Positions 53,010 through 64,000 of a DNA stretch of 64,000 bases are shown here, in pieces. Source of the stretch: Octopus bimaculoides (taxonomy: Eukaryota); the NCBI RefSeq assembly GCF_001194135.2, contig NC_068989.1:90552808-90616807 (forward strand). The letters run 5' to 3'. Under the pieces are notes generated by a model, which saw nothing but the letters and a program-made list of their open reading frames with translations, had not been told where the DNA came from and ran no database searches. Numbering within the stretch: the stretch's first letter is position 1; every line of letters begins with the position of its first letter. A program made the translations under genes and the position numbers.

Positions 53010-53605
53010 CTGTGTATATATGTCTGTTTGTGTAGATAGAAATAAATACATATAGATAGATATGTTTTACATCAACTAAAAATATTCTCCCAGCCATATG
53101 TATGTATGAATATATAGATTGTTCTTTCTATTGTTGTCTGTGTAATTAGTTTCGTTAGCCTGCAAAAACAAGAGCTGGAGAGTATTATTTAACCTGAAAT
53201 CACCAGATTATACATATGGATGGCTTTGCTCTCATTATCTCGTTTAATATCATTATCTCACTGAGAGTAAACTCGTCAGTGAAGGAAGAAGACGACAAAG
53301 AAAAAAATAACTGAAAGCTAAAGGATAAAAATATTTTCACTTACTGATCAATAATACAGTGATACTATTGAACGTATTCAATCAAATTGTGTGTGCGTGT
53401 TGTGTTGTCTTTCCCATTTTTATTATTCATCGTGGGAAGATGGAGAGCGTAGAAAAGGGAGATAACAACACAAAAATGTGTTTCTTTCGCTTAAGCTGTT
53501 GGCACAAAAAATCTTGCCAGTAACAGTTTCACCTGCTGGTGTTAGGAAAATGACCCCAATAACTCCAAATCGATCAAGTACTGCGGGGAGGGGTCGATAT
53601 ACTCC

Positions 53606-53715
53606 GTTGTGTCTCCATTTTTAAGTTCAACTGAAGAGCTTGAAGCAACAACAACAGCGGTCCTGCAAGGAGTCACTTTAGCTCCCTTTCTCTTTGTGAT
53701 TATATTGCACTCTGC
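53606..53715 (+). mobile_element. Short LINE reverse-transcriptase fragment (RTE-X-like)
   Basis: VVSPFLSSTEELEATTTAVLQGVTLAPFLFVIIL resembles the RT motif V.SPDG.T..F....GVLQGDTLAPFLF.I.LD. Confidence 0.6.
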
Positions 53716-53984
53716 ATCTTTTACAAGTCTCAATCACTGGAATGCGGCCATACTGGGGCAACATGTCGAAATGTTTTTGTCATACAAATCATCTCCGGTA
53801 TTCATTTTTAAGCCTGGTGTAGTGGATGCTTTTTGCAAGGCCACCAGCATGGGGGCCAGTCAGCCGGCACTGGCATCGATCACGCTCGAATGGTGCTTTT
53901 TATGTGCCACTGGCACCAGGGCAAGTCAGGCGGCACTGGCATCGACAGGCACCGATATTTACATACATACATACATACATATAT

Positions 53985-54031
<47 letters not shown>

Positions 54032-54200
54032 GTACATTTGTATGCATTTACTGCACACAGTTACACATAAACACTTATGTGTGTATACACACACACACCT
54101 CTCCATTCTGTCCACTTTAATGAAACAATGTTTTAATTCTCTTCTCATCATCACATTTTCCTGATAGCATCTTTGTTATATATCGTATAATGGTGTGTAC

Positions 54201-54232
<32 letters not shown>

Positions 54233-55899
54233 ACGAATGCCCTGCTGTGAGGTTGTGTTTCTCTATTACTTCCACATGTTTGATGATTGCATGGGTTTGT
54301 TTGGGATTTTAACCTCAATCTAATTATCAACAAGAACAATACTAATGGGACTTTTAAGAATAATAACCATAACAGTGGTGGTGGGTTTTGGTGGTGGTTG
54401 GGTGGAAGATGGTGACCGGCGTGATAGTGAAATTGTCACATATCCTGTGGAAGTAAGTCTGAGATTAATTGATATTATATTTTTCTGAAAAATGTGGATG
54501 TTAAATGATGCAGTTATCATGCATTTTCATATGCAGAAAAAGAAAAAGGAAAATGTACAATCATGATGAAAAATATTAATTAAAAAAATGTATTCTAGAT
54601 TGAAACTTTTCATATTTTGTCTTTTAGGACAAGAGACAATTCCTTTGACCCTTTCCAGAGTCTCTGAGGACTAGTGGGAGAGAGGGAGGAGGGGCATCTT
54701 CAAATAGGAGGCCTGGTTTGAGTTTTGCAGCAGAAGGGACTATCATGAAGCTTTTTTTGGAGCTGGATTTTCTAGGGGGAGCATGCCCTTGCTTACCCCC
54801 AACCTCAGTTTCTAGACTTGAGTGGTCCTGAGACCAAGGCTTCTACCATGATTTTTAAGAAATGTGGTGGAAAACTAGCTCAGGAAGGCAGGGACGCTAC
54901 TGCCTGTGACTCCTTTTGGAGTCCCCCCCACCTCTACAAAAGGTACCCAAGCTCTCAGGGTGTTACCCCAAACGATAAAGCTAGTCTACAGACACAGACA
55001 CACATAGTCCTATATGTGTATATAATACTTTGTTATAATTGCATAGATAAGTCATCATCATCATTTAATGTCTATTTTCTATGCTGGCATGGGTTGGGCA
55101 GTTTTGACCAGAGGTAGCAAGGCCAGGAGCCATGCCAGGTTCCATTGTCTGTTTTGGCATTGTTTCTACAAGATGCTCTTCCTAGCACCAATCACTTTAC
55201 AGTGTGTACCAAATGCTTTTTATGTGGCACCAGCCCCACATACGTGGCACCAACGAGAGTGCTTCATACATGGTTCCAGCAGAGGTACTCTTTACGTGGC
55301 CCCAGCACAAGGTAATTCTTATGTAGCACCAGCACAGGCACTTAATGCATGGCACAAGCACGAGTGCTTTTTATGTGGCACCGGTATTCCTTTAAAATAA
55401 ATTTCTGTGATTCCATAGTGATGCTAAAAATGGAAGTTTTTCTTTTCTTTTGATGCTGTTGATGGGGGTAAGACGCATCCAACTAGGACGCCAAGGAATG
55501 GCAGTTCCAGAACGAGTAGTAAACCGTTTTATTTCTTCTCTGTTGCCTTTCTTGAAGTCTGCCTTATAAAGAATCCTGTTTCTAGTTTATTTTATTGCCA
55601 CTGTGTATACTCAAGATACCTTATCAGTTGAGAATTTTATTTCTCTGCACCCTCCCCCTCCTGCTTCATCTTCTCAGGGGTGGGGGCAACCGGCAGGGAG
55701 TAGGATAATGAGGTTGTGTATTTGGTAGGAAATTTAGTTGTTGTTGTTGTTGTTATTGGAGCCAGCTGAATGAGAAGAGTTATGCTCAAAGATGCTCCAG
55801 CTGCCCATTGTCCTGTCTTCTTGATGTTCTTAATCAGTTTTCATCGAACCAGCTTATGACTGAAGACACTCCAGTTGTGACGTTCCCATCTTGCCAATG

Positions 55900-56605
55900 C
55901 CATTTAGTCTCAGATTAAACTTTGAATAGAACTATGATCAAAGGCTTTCCAGCCATGAACATCCTGTCTGTTATAGATTACATACAACTACATTATGTAA
56001 TGTTCCCTTTCCTTTCCTGACACAACAGAGTATGATTTGAGGCAGAATTTTGCTGTTATTTTTAGCATGATGCATGACCACATAGTGGCTTCATTATTGG
56101 CTCAGACTTTTGTCTTGTATTCAGGCATGGTCTACCTAGGAGTACATTACCAAATGTCTTTTTCTTTTTTTTAAGACAATAGTGTGGGATTTGAGGTAGA
56201 ATTTGGTTGCTATTTCTAGCATGTTGCATGACCACACAGAGGCTCTACTTTTGGTTCAGGTCACATTGTTGTATTGAGTGTATCTAGGACTACACTACTT
56301 AATATGTTCTTTTTTGAAGAAAGGAAGGTATTATCAGTGAGTGATTTAGTTGCTCTTTCTAGCAGTCAGTTCCATCCCTTCCCAGTCTAAGCTGGTATGA
56401 CCACGTTGAGGGCTCACACTGATGTTGTTGTTTAACCCTAGGTCAGCTTTCACTGAGCAGGCCTGTTATCAAAGGCTTTCAAGCTATGACCATCTGATCT
56501 ACTTTCTGACATTCTATTCCAGACTACAATGCCCAGCATGCCCTGTCTTGATAGATAGTGTGGCTTGAGGGAGATTTGACTGCCATTTCTAGCAGAGAAA
56601 CCACT
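55900..56605 (+). repeat. Four degenerate tandem copies of an interspersed family (GATTTGG.TGCTATTTCTAGCA); dispersed copies at ~2340-2590, 23390-23500, 29220-29345, 35930-36130, 42440-42870, 57500-57660
   Basis: Recurrent blocks GATCAAAGGC.TTCCAGCCATGACCATC, GGACTACATT and GATTTGAGG.AGA.TTTGG.TGCTATTTCTAGCA. Confidence 0.7.
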
Positions 56606-57218
56606 GGATTGATTACAGGTTTAGATGGATGTCTTGTGTTGATCTCTCTATACCAGTAATTTGTTGGAATCAAATTAGTGTTACTCCTTTCTTCTAAAAA
56701 GAATAACGAATTGTAGCATTTGTACCAATTCAAGGGACCCTCTCTCTAGGAATCGTAGAAGTAGACAGGGGAAAATTCCCCAGATTTGTTGTCATGGCAA
56801 CAGCAATATGTTTTGGGTTTTAGAACAGATCCACCATATGTGGCTGTGGGGTTAAGAAGTTTGCTTCCCAATCATGGGATCTTGGGTTCAGTTCATTTGT
56901 GTGTCGTGTTGTCTCATGAAATTTTGTGGCTAAAATCTCTAGCTGCAGGTGTGGCTCTGTGGTAAGAAGGTTTGGTTCCCAACCACATGGTTCCAGGTTC
57001 AGTTCCACTACTTGGCACTTTGGGCAAGCTAAGATAAGTTATAAATGATGGCCATTACATATTGTTTTCTATATTGCAGTAAATTTGACTTACAATTGTT
57101 TCCAGTAGTTATTATAGGTTCATTATTGAGAGGTTTACTCAACCAGTCAATTGATTGGTTGAGAGAAACTGAACAGCCTCAAAATCTAATGCTACTTTCA
57201 ACTGTCATTTCTGTTTTT

Positions 57219-57252
<34 letters not shown>

Positions 57253-57903
57253 AGTGTTTATTCCACTTCCCACTTGACAACTGATTTTGGTGTTTATGTC
57301 ACGTAGCAGATCAACAAAAGAGATCGATAAAATAAGTTCCAGGCTTGGAAAGAAAAATAAGCGCAGGGGTTGATTCTGAAAATTCTTCAGTTGTGTGGTG
57401 CCCCAGCATGGCCACAGTCTAATGACTGAAAAAGATAAAAGAGTAAAAGATAAAAGCTAAAGACCTTTTCCAGACAATCCTTGTTGATGACCACCTCCAC
57501 TCAGGAAGCGTTTTCACAAAAGAGGTTCCAGCCATGACCATTCTGCAGTGTTTTTCTGGATATTTAGGATCAACATTGTGTCCTGGAAGACGTTGGTCGT
57601 AGGGTTTCAGTGATTTGGCTGTTGTTTCTGTCAGGTCGAGCGACTGCATAGGGATTCCCTCATTTGTTTCTCTTCAAATATAAATTAAATGCCATCCCTT
57701 ACCACCACCCCAACCATCATCACCACCACCACCACCACCACCACCACCCTCCTCCTCCACCACCTTCATCATCAATAAGCAGCCATTCTAATTACGAACA
57801 CTGTTATCAGATCTGTAAGTTATATTTTTTACAGTCCCAACTCCCCATCCCTGCAGCTGTTGAGGCCACCCTTATGTAAGGTTACCCTTACTATGTATGC
57901 ACA

Positions 57904-57947
<44 letters not shown>

Positions 57948-59646
57948 CTCTCTCTCTCTCCCTCCCCCCACACATGTATGTATGTGTATGCATATATGTA
58001 TATTGGCGTGTGTGTGTGTGTGTGTTTCTGTGTATATGGCCTGTTCTAAGTGTTAATCCTGTTCCCTGGGATGAAGCCCCTCCATGGTTTACTACTCCTG
58101 GCAGCACTTCATAAACATTGTTACTTCTAGTAGCACCACCACCACCACAACAATAACAACAACCCTCTAACCCCATTGCTAACAGGGTTTAGAGTGTCAT
58201 TCCGTTGCTGGTGGTAGGTTACAATCAATGAAACTTGTTGACTGTGACCAGTATCCATGGCCTTGTCATCTAATAATAACATGCTGCACATGGAACAACA
58301 AATGAACATGTGGAAAACTAGAAAAAGCACATGCACGATGGATGCAGGCAGGCTCAACCCCTCATTAGCTGTTGATCGAATATCATAGCAATTTTGATAC
58401 TTTCTGGTAATGCTGTTCAATTTGGCAATGTCAGCAACGTAAGCTGCTGGAGTATAAATGAGAGGATGCGACAGATGAAGATGAATGAAAAGAATGAGAC
58501 AAGTACAAGAGGAAGAAGAAGAGATGATGTCTCTAGACTGAACGGTATAAGGGACAGGTTGTGAGGGGTGCTCGGAAAAAGAAATATATGTATCATGAAA
58601 GAAATGAATGTGTAAAACTAATGAAAGAGAAAACTGTAACAGAGAAAGAAGCAGCAAATGATAAGATTTGGTTGAGTTGAATAAACGATGGTTTGTTCCT
58701 CTCATTATAAAGATAAGATTGCCAAAAGAGATCAAACATTACACACTTTTGCAACAAAACTAATAAATGACAGATATTCAAATGCATAAATAAGTTGTGT
58801 GAAGTAACTCTAATGGGAAATATGGTGCTGACCCAACTGATTGGGACTATGAAGGACTTCATTTCACCCCTGCCATCGATGGGAGCAGTGTTTCATTAAT
58901 AAGTGTTGTGTGACCTTGCTGTGTTTCTGAGCCCTCTTAACTAACAGTGCCGTACAGTATGGTACGTTATGGCCATCACTTCATTTATTCTTGTACTTCT
59001 TTTATTCTCAGTCATTAGATGGCAACCATGTTGGGGGTGGGGGGCAGTGGCATAGCTAGAATATGTGCCACCCTGGGTAGACTGCCCCTTTTGCTTCCCT
59101 TTTGTTTTCCTTAGTTATACTGCTGGCTGGAATACCACCTTGGTGGGCTGAATTAATCAGATCATCCCCAATACTTATTTTAAATCTGGTCCTTAGTCCA
59201 TCAGTCTCTTTTGCCCAGCTGCTAAGTTACGAGGCTACACACAAACACCATTTGTCAAGCAGTGACACACAGATGCATGTATGTATGTTTACTTGCACGT
59301 CATGCACACACACATGCAACAGGCTGCAGCAAAGTTTCCTTCTGCCAAATTCACTCACGATGCATTCTATGGCCTGGGACTCTTGCAGAAGACACTTACT
59401 GAAGGATTGAACCTGCTACAACGTAGTTGGAAAGAGAAATTCTTTACACACTCATGTCTGCACCTACTCTGTGTGTGTATGTGCGTGTGTGCGCACGTGC
59501 ATGTGTGTCAGTATGTGTAGGTGTGTCTATGCTCACACATCTTTCAACCTTAACACAAAAGAAATTAATGTGCGCACAAGAAATTAATCTACACAAAAGA
59601 TTAGTTTCCGAAAATAGTGGGGCATATATATATGTGTGTGTGTGTC

Positions 59647-59707
<61 letters not shown>

Positions 59708-59959
59708 ATATATTTATATATTCATATGCATTCAATAGACGTCTTTTGTTACAGGAAAAAATAGAGGGAAAATTGGTCCTCAGCACTTTAGTACTCAACT
59801 GTTTCTGGTGTTAAAATGCGTGTGTGTGTGTGTGTGTTTGAGTATGAATGTGTATATGATAAACACGATATACTCCAGTTTCTGTATATGCATATATATA
59901 TAAATAAATGAGTGTGTGTGTATATGGTATATATGTCTATGTTTGATTATGTATGTGTG

Positions 59960-60034
<75 letters not shown>

Positions 60035-60955
60035 TATGAATGTCTGTCTAGAGGAGAGGTGTCACCACATANNNNNNNNNNNNNNNNNNNNNNNNNNNNN
60101 NNNNNNNNNNNNNNNNNNNNNNNNNNNNNNNNNNNNNNNNNNNNNNNNNNNNNNNNNNNNNNNNNNNNNNNNNNNNNNNNNNNNNNNNNNNNNNNNNNNN
60201 NNNNNNNNNNNNNNNNNNNNNNNNNNNNNNNNNNNNNNNNNNNNNNNNNNNNNNNNNNNNNNATGTTGGTGCTGACGATGGTGTATAGTGTGTGTGTGAG
60301 TGGGTGTGTGTGAGTGGCTGTTTGAAACTCTTAAGATTTGGTTTCCTCTTGTAATGTAAATATATACTCTCTCTCTCTCTTTTTCTCTAGTCCTATTTCT
60401 TTCTCCAGCCACGTACACACACAAGTCTGTCTGTCCGTCACTCACTCACTCACGCACACGCACACACACATTCATGCATGTTGGGCATTGACAGTTCGGT
60501 GTGTGTGTGTCTATAATAAAAGATACACTATTCTTCTAGGTTTACAATCACAAATTTCCAATCTACACCCACACACACGCCCCCCCTCTCTCACAAAAGG
60601 TTTACAGACTCGAAGACTGGCGGCAAAAACCGAAACCTGAGACATGGAAAAGTTTTGTGTTCTTTTCATACACCACACCTTCTATCTTCACCCCTGCCCC
60701 GTTCCTCCCTCCACACTAATCCACACTGGTTGTTGGAACCATGTACAATGGTTTTAAAAGAGGTAAAACTAAATTATTATTATTATTATTATATTCTTTG
60801 TGTTGGCAAAACATTTGTTGCTGTTAATTACTGTTAATTACTGTTGCTATTGTTGTTCTGAATCTTGTCGGTGTCCTGCGTCTACTCTGTCTTCCACCTT
60901 CCCAGGGTTGATGTAACACCAGTCATATAAGTTAATTTAATTTAATCACCAAGCA

Positions 60956-61003
<48 letters not shown>

Positions 61004-61744
61004 CAGTGAAAGGTGGTTAGCATGCTGGACGAAATGCTTAGCGGTATTTCGCCTGTGTTTATGTTCTGAGTTCAAATTCTGCCGAGGTCAACTTTGCCTT
61101 TCATCCTTTCGGGGTCGATAAATTAAGTGCCAGTTACGCACTGGGGTTGATATAATCGACTGGCTCCCTCCCACCACCAAATTTGAGGCCTTGTGCCTAT
61201 AGTAGAAAGGATTATTATTATTGTTGTTATAATAAGGACACGAATTTGACTGAACGAGTAGAGCTTTGGATTACATTCCATGTTACGTTATAGCTGTTTA
61301 TGTTCTGAGTTCAAATCCTGCCGGAGTCAACTTTGTTTTTCATTATTCCTCATCATCTCGATAGTTCTGTCTCAAGTCCTCGGACCCAGGGCCAGTTACT
61401 TGGTTTCCATAGAATATAGGAGACCACAACATTTCCCCCCTGGTGTGAGGTGCCAGTCCATCGCAGAGGAATTCGTTTACACCTGAGTGGACAGGAGTAA
61501 TGTGAAAGAAAGTGTTTTGCTCAAGAACACAGCAGAGCTGACCAGCCCCCAGGATTGAAACCACAATCTTGTGTTCATGAGTGCTATGCCCCTAACCACT
61601 TCTCCACCTGCCTTCACCATTCATAATTCTGGATTGAATAAAGCAAAATGTAAAAGCTAAATCAATGTAAAAGTGCATTGTGACCAGCGATGTGTAACAA
61701 CATCAGTTAGTCTGGTTGAGCACATGATATATATATATATATCA

Positions 61745-61961
61745 TGATCATCGTTTAACGTCCGCTTTCCATGCTAGCATGGGTTGGACGATTTGACTGA
61801 GGACTGGTGAAACCGGATGGCAACACCAGGCTCCAGTCTAATTTGGTAGAGTTTCTACAGCTGGATGCCCTTCCTAACGCCAACCACTCAGAGAGTGTAG
61901 TGGGTGCTTTTACGTGTCACCCGCACGAAAACGGCCACGCTCGAAATGGTGTCTTTTACGT
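61745..61961 (-). mobile_element. RTE-type 3' tail copy; similar copies at ~3960-4160, 10500-10660, 11930-12010, 36620-36860, 39480-39580, 40030-40215, 55050-55390
   Basis: Shared ATCATCGTTTAACGTCCGCTTTCCATGCT.GCATGGGTTGGACG...GGATGCCCTTCCTAACGCCAACC motif. Confidence 0.8.
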
Positions 61962-62599
61962 NNNNNNNNNNNNNNNNNNNNNNNNNNNNNNNNNNNNNNN
62001 NNNNNNNNNNNNNNNNNNNNNNNNNNNNNNNNNNNNNNNNNNNNNNNNNNNNNNNNNNNNNNNNNNNNNNNNNNNNNNNNNNNNNNNNNNNNNNNNNNNN
62101 NNNNNNNNNNNNNNNNNNNNNNNNNNNNNNNNNNNNNNNNNNNNNNNNNNNNNNNNNNNNNNNNNNNNNNNNNNNNNNNNNNNNNNNNNNNNNNNNNNNN
62201 NNNNNNNNNNNNNNNNNNNNNNNNNNNNNNNNNNNNNNNNNNNNNNNNNNNNNNNNNNNNNNNNNNNNNNNNNNNNNNNNNNNNNNNNNNNNNNNNNNNN
62301 NNNNNNNNNNNNNNNNNNNNNNNNNNNNNNNNNNNNNNNNNNNNNNNNNNNNNNNNNNNNNNNNNNNNNNNNNNNNNNNNNNNNNNNNNNNNNNNNNNNN
62401 NNNNNNNNNNNNNNNNNNNNNNNNNNNNNNNNNNNNNNNNNNNNNNNNNNNNNNNNNNNNNNNNNNNNNNNNNNNNNNNNNNNNNNNNNNNNNNNNNNNN
62501 NNNNNNNNNNNNNNNNNNNNNNNNNNNNNNNNNNNNNNNNNNNAGATATATATATATATATAGATATATATATATATATAGATATATATATATATATAG

Positions 62600-62638
<39 letters not shown>

Positions 62639-63339
62639 AACACAATAGCTAGTTATAAAATTTAAAGAAGAGATAGAATAGTAATGTATACTAAACAGTA
62701 AAGCGAGTCCTGTATGTGTGTTTCCTCACTCCACTTTGTTGTTGGCCTCTGTTGGTTCGTTTGCGTCCCTGTAACTTAGCAGTTTGGAAAAAGGGACCAA
62801 CTGATAGAATAAGGACCTAAACAATAAGGTCCTTATAAGAATAAGGATAAGGACTTAAATCAAAGCCATAATTACTGGGGTTGATTTATTTTCAATTCTG
62901 TCACCAATCCTTTTTGTCATCTCTTATGACACACTGGGATGTGATATTAAATTTAAGACTAGCATACATGTGTATCGTGAGTTCAAGCCCAGCTGGGGCC
63001 TACTTTACCATTCATCATTCTGTAATATGTGTGTGTGTGTATGTAGTTGTTTGTGTGTGTGTGCAGGTGTGTATGTGTGTATGTGTCTGTATGTTGTGTG
63101 TATGTATGCGTGCATGTAGTTGTGTGTGTGTGTATGTATGTATGCTGTTGTGCAGGTGTGTGTGTGTGCGCATCTGTGTGTCTGTGACCATATACCTCTG
63201 TGTATGTGTGTGCATCTTGTCATATGTCTGTGTGCATGTGTCTGAGGTTGTATATCTGTGTGCATGCATGCATGTGTGTGTCTGAATGCATCTGTGTATC
63301 TGCATCTGTCTCTGCATCAGTATGTCTTTGCATCTGTGT

Positions 63340-63372
<33 letters not shown>

Positions 63373-63681
63373 GTGATAAATAAATACCAGTAACATTTGA
63401 GGGTGAGGGTGACTTAATAGATTGAGTGTCCCTTGATGTAAGAAATCATCAGCAGTCCATGAACTTCTTGTAGTGGGGCAAGAATCCCTAGAAGGCCTGC
63501 TGCAACAGGGGCCATGCTTTCCCTTGGCATTTCTTCCTATTCCAACCAATGTGCCAACGCCCAGATCAGATTTCTTAGGAAACACTTAAAAAACAACCCT
63601 TCTTTCATCTCCACGTACATAACCATCTCTCAAGGGGCCAGCTCTCTTCTCTCATTCTCCCAAAGATATCTAAAGATATTT

Positions 63682-64000
63682 GAGAAATGGGTGGATAAGG
63701 TAATCGAGGTCGTTAGAGTAAGTGACAGAGTACTTAAGATCAGACTAGTGCTTCATCATAGATTAGCTACTGTCATCTCAGCCTATGCACCTCAACCTGG
63801 GCTACCAGATGGTCTGAAAGACCAATTCTATGACACCCTCTTGCAAACTACCTCGTCGACGAGTGACAGGGACCTTCTCTTTGTGGCTGGAGACTTCAAC
63901 GGTCATGTCGGACGTCGTGCTGGGGGCTTCCATGGCATACATGGAGGCTATGGCTTCGGTTCCCGCAACGAGGAGGGAACCAGACTGCTGGAGTTCTGTG
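63682..64000 (+). mobile_element. RTE (BovB-like) LINE, APE endonuclease domain, runs off window end
   Basis: Uninterrupted EKWVDKVIEVVRVSDRVLKIRL...VISAYAPQ...FYDTL...AGDFNGHVG...HGGYGFGSRNEEGTRLLEFC. Absent from the ORF track because no stop is reached; CpGs are retained, suggesting a young copy. Confidence 0.92.

Noticed and set aside
58127-58735. 202-aa minus-strand ORF and a purine-rich plus-strand stretch
   Set aside because: No recognisable domain and no usable acceptor/donor pair in frame.

Overview
Eukaryotic, AT-rich, microsatellite-saturated draft-assembly DNA with nine N-gaps. The interspersed repeat families look like those of an octopus (coleoid cephalopod) genome; this is recognition from memory, not a database result. 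Most of the window is intronic. Four clean GT-AG coding exons on the + strand (27813-27980, 34482-34601, 44930-45179, 46357-46439) splice in frame into a ~207-aa coiled-coil segment that resembles pericentrin/AKAP9. The rest consists of several tRNA-derived SINE families, LINE fragments (RTE, CR1, L1/Tx1, RTE-X-like, Penelope GIY-YIG), MITEs (hAT, pogo-like, piggyBac-like, Helentron/DINE-like), minisatellites and simple repeats. Almost all ORFs in the supplied track are artefacts of microsatellites, gaps or antisense repeat reading. The most unusual structure is a ~530-bp head-to-head inverted dimer (47890-48417) of a tRNA-headed element whose tail carries a minimal Penelope-type hammerhead ribozyme motif. 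A related headless inverted pair lies at 13789-14060, and a Penelope endonuclease remnant at ~10.7 kb.
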